Source of the DNA: a virus
Taxonomy: Duplodnaviria > Heunggongvirae > Uroviricota > Caudoviricetes
DNA: 37,726 nt
IMG/VR virus record: IMGVR_UViG_3300025093_000001
Direction: 5' to 3' (one strand)
The notes below the pieces were generated by a model. That model made no database searches. It saw only the letters and a list, made by a program, of their open reading frames with translations, and was not told the DNA's origin. Position numbers and translations under genes: made by a program. Positions 9,875 through 18,600 of the stretch are shown here, one piece after another. Positions within the stretch are counted from its first letter, which is position 1. Each line of letters begins with the position of its first letter.

Positions 9875-10166
9875 TATAACGCATGGACCCAGTGTATTAA
9901 CCTTAATAGCAGAAATTGGGGGAGCAGTAACTGTTCTTTTCGGACTAGTTAGGTGGTTATATACAACATATATCAAGTCATGCAAGGATAAGATAAAACA
10001 ATTGGAGGAGGAGATAAATGACCTGAGACAGAAATTACAACTGTCTGAAATACAATCAGCAGAAATGAGAACTATCATTAATATGACATCTAAGTTCTTA
10101 GAGAAAGAGTCTGCTGAGAATATAATGAATGAAGAAATTAAACAAATAGATAATGAGACAGAATAG
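9858..10166 (+). CDS. Single-pass membrane protein with coiled coil; holin-like (102 aa)
   Basis: Hydrophobic VLTLIAEIGGAVTVLFGLVRWLY followed by heptads KIKQLEEEINDLRQKLQLSE. The holin function is inferred. Confidence 0.55.
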   Translation: MNYLFDITHGPSVLTLIAEIGGAVTVLFGLVRWLYTTYIKSCKDKIKQLEEEINDLRQKLQLSEIQSAEMRTIINMTSKFLEKESAENIMNEEIKQIDNETE

Positions 10167-10653
10167 TAAGAAAGGACTAAGCAGTGCTACTTTATTAGAA
10201 TTAACTAAAAATTTAGAGTGTAGGATTTGTGAATTAGAAACTAATCCCCCAGTATTACATACTGTAGATACTATAATTACGACTAATCAAATATTAAACG
10301 GACACACTAATACTATTAATTTAGTGCCTGACACTGGAGATGAGAGTACTTTGGGTGTATATGTTGCAGCATTAGTTAAGTACAATCATAATACTACTTC
10401 CTTTACTACAGGAGGGGCTTCTTTTTCTATTAGAGGGGTTAACTATAGTACTTATCCAGGTCCACTCATTAATGATAATTTAGAATCATATTCTGCAGAT
10501 AAGATTATAAGCACTAATACTTCATTTAGTGGACACTCTATTTTTAGTGGTTTTGAATTTTTTACAGGTGGTGCTTATACATTAGGTGATGGAACTTTAA
10601 CTGTTAAATTATTCTATTATTTACTTGATATTGAAACAGGAGAATTTATATAA
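10153..10653 (+). CDS. Short fibre / spike protein (166 aa)
   Basis: N-terminal LSS..L..L.K.LECRICELE motif shared with 6907, followed by an AT-rich, beta-rich C-terminal domain. Confidence 0.55.
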   Translation: MRQNSKKGLSSATLLELTKNLECRICELETNPPVLHTVDTIITTNQILNGHTNTINLVPDTGDESTLGVYVAALVKYNHNTTSFTTGGASFSIRGVNYSTYPGPLINDNLESYSADKIISTNTSFSGHSIFSGFEFFTGGAYTLGDGTLTVKLFYYLLDIETGEFI

Positions 10654-10655
10654 TT

Positions 10656-11240
10656 ATGCCAGCATTAACATTAGATTTAACAACAACATTCGATTCTACT
10701 AACGGACAGATAGTAGTATCAGGATTTACCACAACCACAAATACAGCTTGGACTGATGTTGATGGTGGTAATACAGAAGCTATTCAAACAGTAGAATTTA
10801 ATACTTGGGTGGGATGTGATTCCTGTACAAGTTGTTCAGATGATGATTATCTTCTAGCTACTAATGAGGGAGTTACCTTAGGAGGTTCATCTACTTATTA
10901 CAGCAATACTGCAGATGATACTATCAAGATTGAACCAGAAGCTTTTCAAAAGACTGAATTTACTTATGGTGTTTATCATGTAAGGTTCTTTGTAACAGGA
11001 GATGATGCGTCTGCAGCAGAGTGGACTCAAGAGTATCATGTCTGTATCTTCGTAGCTGATGAAATTGTTTGTACAATTATCGAGGCTATTGTAGATGATG
11101 AGGTACAGTCAGATGACTTAGTGACTGTGTTTGAGGCACTTACATATGCCAATACTTGTGCCAACTGTTGTAAGACTTGTGAATTATATGAATACCTAAA
11201 TACCCTAATTGATAACTTAGATAATTGTGAAACATGTTAA
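10656..11240 (+). CDS. Cys-rich tail hub/collar-like structural protein (194 aa)
   Basis: Ig-like beta-rich N-terminal part plus a helical C-terminus with CANCCKTC...NCETC. Its position between the fibres and the ring genes suggests a hub role (inference). Confidence 0.45.
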   Translation: MPALTLDLTTTFDSTNGQIVVSGFTTTTNTAWTDVDGGNTEAIQTVEFNTWVGCDSCTSCSDDDYLLATNEGVTLGGSSTYYSNTADDTIKIEPEAFQKTEFTYGVYHVRFFVTGDDASAAEWTQEYHVCIFVADEIVCTIIEAIVDDEVQSDDLVTVFEALTYANTCANCCKTCELYEYLNTLIDNLDNCETC

Positions 11241-11506
11241 GTACAGAGGAAATAACAATAGCAAAGAATACTTTTAGAACTGCACAGTACCTAACCTCTG
11301 CTCTGTACATTCAATCTAAGATGTTTGGGTTTCAAGAGGCTGCAGCGGTTCATAGAAAAAGATTGATGAAGTATAGAAACTATGCATTCATCTTAGAATA
11401 CTACACAGAAGATTGTATAGATTGTGTTAATCTAGATGATATAGTTTGTGAAGTAGAAAATATACCAATCAAATATTTAGTAAATTGCAATGGAGAATTG
11501 TCATAA
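11234..11506 (+). CDS. Small helical Cys-containing structural protein (90 aa), possible second tail-hub subunit
   Basis: Overlaps both neighbours and carries a DCIDC...VC...NC cluster. Confidence 0.45.
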   Translation: MLSTEEITIAKNTFRTAQYLTSALYIQSKMFGFQEAAAVHRKRLMKYRNYAFILEYYTEDCIDCVNLDDIVCEVENIPIKYLVNCNGELS

Positions 11507-12479
11507 TAAAATTACACGAGAAGAATGCCTTAACCTAATTGCGTTAAGGATTAGCCAGTTTGAGGTATTAGTAGAAGCCCTGGCTGGTGCAGACTTCACT
11601 ATCCCAGTAGTAGGAGATACTATTACGGATAGATTTACTACTAATGAGGCAAGTATTACTACTAACCAAGGTAATATCTCAACGAATACTAGTAACATAT
11701 CTACTAACACAACTAATATAGCTACTAACACTGCTAACATTGCTACTAATGTTACAAACATTGCAACTAATGCTGCGGATATTGCTACGTTACAAAGTCA
11801 AGACGGACGTACAGTAACATCTAGTGATACAAGTGTAGATGTAGATGCTGCAACTTCAACAGAGTATGATATCACTATTTCTATGTTAGCTGCCAATACT
11901 GATGTGGCTAATTCGGAGCCAGCACTTGTTTTAGCAGCAGCTAAGACTGGTTCTGGAGAGCATACCTATACTTTGAAGACTAGGAATATGCCCGACCAAG
12001 CTATGTCAGCATTTGCTGGCGGTGTATCTGCAGGAACTGTAACTCCAGCTGTTAGAAAAACTACAGCAGGGCCATTTAGACTTTTGGGAGACTTTGCTCT
12101 CACTAACTTTGTTATTAACTGGGACCTCTCAGCTAATGATGGTCAAGAGTCTGACTGGATGAATGTAGCAACATTACCTGCAACTTATAATCCATCAGGA
12201 GAAGGTTCAGCTGTAAGTATCTATCCTTCAACTACTATCTACGCACCAATTGTTATCTTTGCTACAGAGACAAGTTCTCTTACTGAGGCAGTTAACCTTA
12301 TTGGTATTGCTAGAGTTACAAACCTTGGAGCTATTGATATTAAGGTAGCTACTCCATATAGATTTGTTGTATCAGGTACTGCTATTGAAGAGGGACACGT
12401 CCTTGCTTCAGGTACAGATTGGACAGGTCAATATACAGGAACACTTTATTTACAAAGTGTAACTTGGGATTGGGAGTAA
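11490..12479 (+). CDS. Tail fibre with trimeric coiled-coil shaft (329 aa)
   Basis: Seven I-x-x-N heptads. The C-terminal NVATLPATYNP resembles the xTLPxGxRP motif of phage fibre C-terminal domains. Confidence 0.75.
   Translation: MENCHNKITREECLNLIALRISQFEVLVEALAGADFTIPVVGDTITDRFTTNEASITTNQGNISTNTSNISTNTTNIATNTANIATNVTNIATNAADIATLQSQDGRTVTSSDTSVDVDAATSTEYDITISMLAANTDVANSEPALVLAAAKTGSGEHTYTLKTRNMPDQAMSAFAGGVSAGTVTPAVRKTTAGPFRLLGDFALTNFVINWDLSANDGQESDWMNVATLPATYNPSGEGSAVSIYPSTTIYAPIVIFATETSSLTEAVNLIGIARVTNLGAIDIKVATPYRFVVSGTAIEEGHVLASGTDWTGQYTGTLYLQSVTWDWE
11655..11801 (+). repeat. 21-nt/7-aa tandem heptad repeat (ITTNQGN ISTNTSN ISTNTTN IATNTAN IATNVTN IATNAAD IATLQSQ)
   Basis: Read directly from the translation: Ile at position a and Asn at position d in six of seven heptads. 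Confidence 0.9.
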
Positions 12480-12485
12480 AAAAAA

Positions 12486-12517
12486 TTTGGAATTGTCAAT
12501 TATATTCCTTAAGTTTG
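12486..12517 (+). promoter_or_regulatory. Bacteroidota sigma-A-type promoter (-33 TTTG, 20-nt spacer, -7 TAAGTTTG)
   Basis: TTTG at 12486-12489 and TAAGTTTG at 12510-12517 match the consensus TTTG-N19-21-TAnnTTTG. The site lies in the only sizeable intergenic gap (12480-12533), has an A-tract upstream and ends 16 nt before the ATG. Confidence 0.85.
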
Positions 12518-12533
12518 TGGAAACTAATATTTT

Positions 12534-13610
12534 ATGAATAAACAAGATGTTATTGAATTCTTGTTGGAAAAGCCTGGCTACCTTAAAGAGGGAGCTAAAA
12601 GGTTATCTGACAAATTAGGAGTTGATGCAGAAGTTTGCTATGAAGCTTTAAAAGAAGCCAGAGTAATGGTGAGGGAAGAAGACGAGGCTATAGATAATTT
12701 AGTACTTAAGTCACGTTGGCAAACAGCCTCAGGAGAATGGAGAGAATCTTACACAGCTCCTAAACAAGCAGTAGATAATTCTGAATTCCTTAAACTCAAG
12801 AATGAGTTACTTGCAGATTTAGAGAATCTTGCAGAACCTAGAGAGTTACAAGAGAATGTGTTTGAGGGAGATGAAGTGGCTGTAGAAATCAATCTACCTG
12901 ATTTCCACTTTGGAAAGAAGGATGGTTTAACTATTCAAGAACAAGCTACATTATATGTAGAGGCTGTGGGCGAGTTAGTTCGTAGAGCATCTGTCTATAA
13001 TATTTCCAGGTTCTTCTTACCTATGGGTAATGATATTTTGAACTCAGAAGGTATGAGACAGACTACTACAAGAGGAACTCCACAAGAAGATAATGCTGGA
13101 TGGAGAGAGTCATTTAGAATGGCTTGGCTATCTGTAGTATCAGCAATTAAGTTGCTGTCTGAGATTGCACCTGTTACAGTTATTACTGTTCTTGGTAATC
13201 ATGACTTTGAGAGATGTTTCTATCTTGGTGAGTTGCTTTCTGCAACATTCAGTCAGGATGATATGGTACAAGTTATTAATAATGGAGAGGAAAGAAACTA
13301 TGTTGTATATGGTAATAACTTACTTGCCTATACACATGGAGATAAAATTAAACCACAAGAGCTACCATTGATTATGGCAACTGAGGTTCCTGTAGAATTT
13401 TCAAAGACTACACATAGGTCTTGGAGATTAGGACACATCCACAAACACATGAAGGATGAGTATAGAGGAATTGAAGTAGAGTTTCTTCCATCTTTAGGCG
13501 GTTCAGATGAATGGCATAGGTCTGCAGGTTATTATACCGATAGAAAAGCTATGGCTTACATTTGGGATACTAATGGTGGTAAGATTGGCTTTGTTCAAAT
13601 AAACAAGTAA
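12534..13610 (+). CDS. Calcineurin-like metallophosphoesterase with N-terminal HTH-like segment (358 aa)
   Basis: Ordered motifs PDFHFG (DxH), GND, LGNHD, THGD and GHIH. The N-terminal KEGAKRLSDKLGVDAEVCYEALKEAR is HTH-like. Confidence 0.85.
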   Translation: MNKQDVIEFLLEKPGYLKEGAKRLSDKLGVDAEVCYEALKEARVMVREEDEAIDNLVLKSRWQTASGEWRESYTAPKQAVDNSEFLKLKNELLADLENLAEPRELQENVFEGDEVAVEINLPDFHFGKKDGLTIQEQATLYVEAVGELVRRASVYNISRFFLPMGNDILNSEGMRQTTTRGTPQEDNAGWRESFRMAWLSVVSAIKLLSEIAPVTVITVLGNHDFERCFYLGELLSATFSQDDMVQVINNGEERNYVVYGNNLLAYTHGDKIKPQELPLIMATEVPVEFSKTTHRSWRLGHIHKHMKDEYRGIEVEFLPSLGGSDEWHRSAGYYTDRKAMAYIWDTNGGKIGFVQINK

Positions 13611-13611
13611 C

Positions 13612-14367
13612 ATGACAATAAGAGAAGTTTGCGAAAGAGTTCAATCAGCTTACCAAGCAGGTGTAGCAACAGATGACAGTAGGATGAGCTATAGGCTCAT
13701 CTTTTCTGCGTTAAAGAGTGCAAAGGCAACTCTGCTATATCAAAGAGGCAGTAAGCGTAGACAACTTTCAGATAGAAATATTGAGTTTTTAGAATGTGTA
13801 CCTATGGAAGTAGCAGAGCCTCATGACTGTCCTTGTGCTCCACCTACAGGATGTACCATACTGAAATCAACATGCACAATCCCTAGACCTGTCTCATCAT
13901 CTCATGGAGATTATATCCATGCGGTGACATCTATTGATGGTACTAAGACGTTCTCTAGAACAACATGGGTGGCTAAGTCTAAGAAGAAAGGGAATAAGTA
14001 TACTTCTAAAACTCAGGACTTCTTCTTTAAAGATGATTACTTGTATTTAACTGCTCCTACAGCAGACCAAAAATTACTTAAGACAGTTACAGTTGCTGGT
14101 ATCTTTGCAGATACTACTGACTTTGATTGTGACTTTTGTGCAGAATGTGATGATGAAACTAAGGATTGCCCAACTCCATTGGACAGTGAGTTCAAGATAG
14201 ATATCTCTTTAGAGATACCTGTCATTGATTTGGCTACCAAAGAGTTAATTAGAGCATTCAATACACAATACGAAGATAGAGAAAACAACGCAGAAGATGA
14301 TGCAACAAACCCAGACAAGAAGTACCCGAGAGGAAGATTCAGTGACCCTAGGAGACCTATACAATAA
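13612..14367 (+). CDS. crAss-type tail ring / head-tail connector protein (251 aa)
   Basis: Contains DCPCAPPTGCTILKS.CTIP, FFFKDDYLY and a C-terminal F.ID..L...VIDL pattern. Its position immediately before the IHF-like and tail tubular genes is as in crAss-like phages. Confidence 0.6.
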   Translation: MTIREVCERVQSAYQAGVATDDSRMSYRLIFSALKSAKATLLYQRGSKRRQLSDRNIEFLECVPMEVAEPHDCPCAPPTGCTILKSTCTIPRPVSSSHGDYIHAVTSIDGTKTFSRTTWVAKSKKKGNKYTSKTQDFFFKDDYLYLTAPTADQKLLKTVTVAGIFADTTDFDCDFCAECDDETKDCPTPLDSEFKIDISLEIPVIDLATKELIRAFNTQYEDRENNAEDDATNPDKKYPRGRFSDPRRPIQ

Positions 14368-14755
14368 ATATAGGAGAGAGAATAAAGACACTCCATTTCA
14401 TCTAGAAGCTTCTGAATTTAAGAAAGCTGCTAAGATGGTTTTTCAGGGCATTGTTGATGAACTTCTAACAGGTAAAACTTATAAGCTCCCTTACAATATG
14501 GGAGACCTATATGTAGATAAGTTCAAAGGTAAGAGTAATACAGTAGACTTTGGTGCTACCAAAAAATATGGCAAGACCATTTACCATCAAAACTTTCACT
14601 CAGATGGATTTATCTACAAACTTAAATGGCGTAAGGCTCATTCAAGATTTCAGAATAGGAAGATGTATAACTTCAAATTGATTCGTAAACATTCAAGGAA
14701 CTTATCATCTCTTATAAAACAGAATAAAATAAAGATATTCAAACACTATGGCTAA
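14297..14755 (+). CDS. IHF/HU-like DNA-binding protein (crAss-type); the start may instead be the GTG at 14342
   Basis: FKKAAKMVFQGIVDELLTGKTYKLPYNMGDLYV matches the HU/IHF helix-turn-strand pattern. The protein is basic and sits in the conserved crAss position before the tail tubular gene. Confidence 0.7.
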   Translation: MMQQTQTRSTREEDSVTLGDLYNKYRRENKDTPFHLEASEFKKAAKMVFQGIVDELLTGKTYKLPYNMGDLYVDKFKGKSNTVDFGATKKYGKTIYHQNFHSDGFIYKLKWRKAHSRFQNRKMYNFKLIRKHSRNLSSLIKQNKIKIFKHYG

Positions 14756-15695
14756 CCACAATTTGATTTCAGTTGATACAATTATCTCTAAACTATTTAG
14801 AGAGAATATCATTGGTCCTGAATATAATGAATCCGATGTTATTGAAATGATAGGGGAAGCCCTAGCAGCCATTGGAGCATTTAAACAGTTTGAGGAGAAG
14901 GTAGAGTTTCTAGAGATTAAAGACCATAAGGCATTACTTCCAGAGGGAATGCAGGAGATTGTTATGGCAGCTTATTCTCTTAGCACAGATGTGAGCACAG
15001 ATGATTGCACTACTTCATGTGGTGTAGATGATACATGCTTAGGTGCATGTGATGAAGAAGACCCAGATGAATGTTGGAGTTCTCATAACAGATATTATAT
15101 CCCTGAGCAGAGGTATTATGATGTTGTGAAGGATTACCAAACAATCTACAGCAAGTTCACAAAAGACTTCTATCGTAACTTCTTACCACTGAGATTGGCA
15201 GCAAGTCCATTCAGTGTGACCAATATGATGCATTGTGAAAACTGTATCAATATGGTTTATCCAAGTGAGTATGAATATAGCATTAGGAATGGAATGATTT
15301 ATACTTCGTTCCAAGAGGGTAATGTATGCCTCGCCTATCTAAGCATGCCACTTGATGATAATGGCTACCCTATGATACCAGACCTATTTGAGTATCAGGA
15401 AGCTATTACTGCATATATTATGATGAAGGATGCTAAGTCTCGTTACTACAACGAGCCATCCGCAGCTTATAGAGCTTTGTACAGAGAGCTAACTAGAGAT
15501 TGGCATTGGTATGTACGAGCAGCTAAGAATAGACAAATGATGCCTAGCAATATTGACGAGAGGGAAAGATTGTATAGAGGTAATATGAAGCTAATAAAAC
15601 AACATAGAGGTTATACTAACTTCTTTGGCAACTTAAATGACTTAGATAGATTTAATTTACATGGCGGAACGACAAGAAAGAGATACAGGTATTAA
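14748..15695 (+). CDS. Tail tubular (ring; P22 gp4-like) protein (315 aa)
   Basis: ISVDTIISKL...DVIEMIGEAL..IG and Y.I.NG.I.TSF.EG.V.LAY...PLDDNGYPMIPD...EAI..YI, typical of crAss tubular/ring proteins; supported by synteny. Confidence 0.7.
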   Translation: MANHNLISVDTIISKLFRENIIGPEYNESDVIEMIGEALAAIGAFKQFEEKVEFLEIKDHKALLPEGMQEIVMAAYSLSTDVSTDDCTTSCGVDDTCLGACDEEDPDECWSSHNRYYIPEQRYYDVVKDYQTIYSKFTKDFYRNFLPLRLAASPFSVTNMMHCENCINMVYPSEYEYSIRNGMIYTSFQEGNVCLAYLSMPLDDNGYPMIPDLFEYQEAITAYIMMKDAKSRYYNEPSAAYRALYRELTRDWHWYVRAAKNRQMMPSNIDERERLYRGNMKLIKQHRGYTNFFGNLNDLDRFNLHGGTTRKRYRY

Positions 15696-18600
15696 GATTA
15701 CTGGACCTCGTAAAGGTCTCTTTACTGATACATCTCACGAACAACAACCACAAGGTACTTATCCTTTTGCTCTTAATGCTGTAGATGATTCTACGGAGGG
15801 GGATATCTTTGCTCTCTCAAATGAAAACTCTAATATAGAGTGTGCTTCTGTACCAGATTCTTATATCCTATTAGGTAATGCCTATATGGAAGATGGAATG
15901 AATGTATTATTCTATGTAGATAATGATACAGGTAATTCCATCATCTCAACACTAGATAAGAACTGTAAACTTGTAAACTATGTTACATCTGATTGTTTAG
16001 GCTTTAATAGAAACTACCCTATTGAAGCATCTTTCAGAGTACGTAACGGTTGTGAAAGAATTATCTATTGGGTAGACCATCTTAATCCAGATAGACATCT
16101 TAATCTAGATGACCTGGACACTTTCATTAGAGATGACTATGATGAGGTAACTGACCCAGAAGAATCTAAATGGTACTGCCCACAATTTAATGTTGATAAA
16201 CTGACTGAACCAGTATGTATTGAGTTTATTTCTTTAAATGAGAATGGTGGAAACCTTCCGTCAGGTGCTCTCCAACTTGCAGTACAACATCTGGATGAAA
16301 ACTTAAATGGTGCTGGATACTGTGACCCAACACCAGTCATCGCTATTATTGATGACTTCTACTCACAAACTTATTCACAGATAACTGGTTGTGAAGCAGG
16401 TACTACAACAAATAAATCTGTCACAACTACAATCAGTAATATTGACACTAACTATGCTTACCTAGAGATAGTAGCTATTCTAACTGTTAATGGTGTTACA
16501 ACTCATTACAGTATAGAGAACTTACCTATCAATGGGGCTAGTATGGAATATACATTAACAGGTATCCTTGACAGTTCTACCGTCATCCCTGACATCTCTT
16601 ATGTCAAAAATGTATATTCATCTAAAACTATTACTCAATTAGAGAATAGACTTATTCGTGGAAACATAAAGGCTCCTAGTAGAGACTTCACAAGCCTTCA
16701 AGCATTAGCTAATGATATTCAGACTTTCTACTATACAAAGAATGGTAGAGCAGATGATACGACTAATCCTCGTAAATTCTCAGCTAAGCAGGGTTCATAC
16801 TATTATGACAACAGGTCATATATGAGGGATGAGGTATATGCTTTTGGTATCTATTACATCTATGAAGATGGTGATAGGTCACCAGTATTCCACATTCCTG
16901 GTAGAGAGAAAAATAAATTTGCTGATGGTGCTACTATACCATCAGCTGACCCTAACAATGGTGGACCACAATATCATCCTAGATACCCAGTAGATACATC
17001 TACAGGTGGTTGGGATGATTGTACTTACGAAGTAGTAACTAATGGTTTAGGTAATAAGACAGATAAAATTGATGAACATGAGGTAGCTCATCTTGGTTTA
17101 TCTGCAGCCAATAGTGATACAGTAGAAAGATGGAAAGTATTTAATACTGCTCGTAAGGATACTACATTAGGTGATAGTGCATTAAGACCTTTAGGTGAGT
17201 ATGGATTTACTGACCTTGAATCTACAGGTACATTGGCTTATCATGAATGTGATACAGCAACTTATCCTACTACACAGGACTGTGATGGTAATTATATCTA
17301 TGGAGATTTGGCTGGTGAAAAAATACGTCACCACAGAATGCCTGATGCTTCATTGGAACTTCACTATAAGAAGGATGGATTTGGTCGTAACATCTATCCA
17401 TTAGGTATTGCCTTTGACAATATTTCTCTTCCTGCTGGAGTTGTTGGATATAAGATTGTTAGGGCGGATAGAACTCCTCTTAATAAGACAGTATTAGATA
17501 AAGGTATTGGATACTTTGGTAGAAAAGCTACTATTAGTACTGGAGATTCTTTTGATTTCCAAGCTGCAATGATGAATAAGCATTATCCAACTACAGCTAA
17601 CCTAGATACTTATGTTCCTGCGGGAGCAGAAGCAGGTGCTTTATTAGGTACTGTTACTTCTGGAGTGAGTTCTAGACAGGATAAAATAGCATTCCATTCA
17701 GCATATACTAAATTTATTGGTGCAGGTATTAAACCTAGTCACATTAAGTCAGAGCTTTTGTTTGAGGCAGATATTGATGCTATTGGACCAGTTGGTGCTA
17801 CTGCTGGTGAAGGCGGTGGATATGAAGCTATTTATGACAATGTAACTCAGATTAGGATTAATTCTAAGTGTAATATACCTATTACGCAAAGCTCTTATAT
17901 AGGAGCTAATACTATAGATAGAGGTACATTCTCAAGAAAGAAGATTAATAACTTCCAGCAAGAGACCCTGTGGTTAGAATCTAATGTAGATTCTGTTATA
18001 TTAGATGAAAATAATGTAGATGTTGGTATTCAAGCCGACTTAGCTATTTATGATACTGGTACTAATAATTCAGATTATGTTGGTTACTATTCACTTAAAG
18101 CTTCTGGCTTTGATGTATATACTAATCTAGAGAATCTAATTTATTTGCCTGTCAGTGTTTGTATGCAGACACAGGAATTTACTACAGAGTTTGGTGGAGA
18201 TATCTTTATTGCCAGGATGGATTTCAATCAGACATTCAGAGCTGAATTTGATGGTAGTGTTACTACTTACTTTGAAGCTCTTAGTACTGGTGTGACTACT
18301 TGGAATTATAGTAACCTTGTTACTTATTGGGCAGAAAGTGAAGTTAACTCAGAGTTGCGACACGAATTACCTGACCAAACATTCTATCCTAAGTCTCATA
18401 CATTAACTCTGTGGGATGATTTCTTAGAACCAGCATTACAAGGCGGTAACTATATCCCTAACTATTATAACTACAATACTGACTACTCGTTAAATAATAG
18501 GGAGATTACTTTTATACAACTCCCGCTTACATGGAACTATTGTTCTGATTGTTTGAATGAGTTTACAAATAGAGTAGTATACTCAGAGAGAAGTTATCAA

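Noticed and set aside
9858-10653. i-spanin/o-spanin pair
   Set aside because: The 10153 protein has a charged N-terminus with no lipoprotein signal or lipobox, and instead shares a fibre docking motif.
11655-11801. CRISPR-like array
   Set aside because: These are in-frame coding heptads without unique spacers. No CRISPR array, tRNA or rRNA was recognised anywhere in the window.
12478-12533. Intrinsic terminator after the fibre operon
   Set aside because: There is an A-tract but no GC-rich hairpin followed by a U-run on the + strand; the sequence fits a promoter instead.
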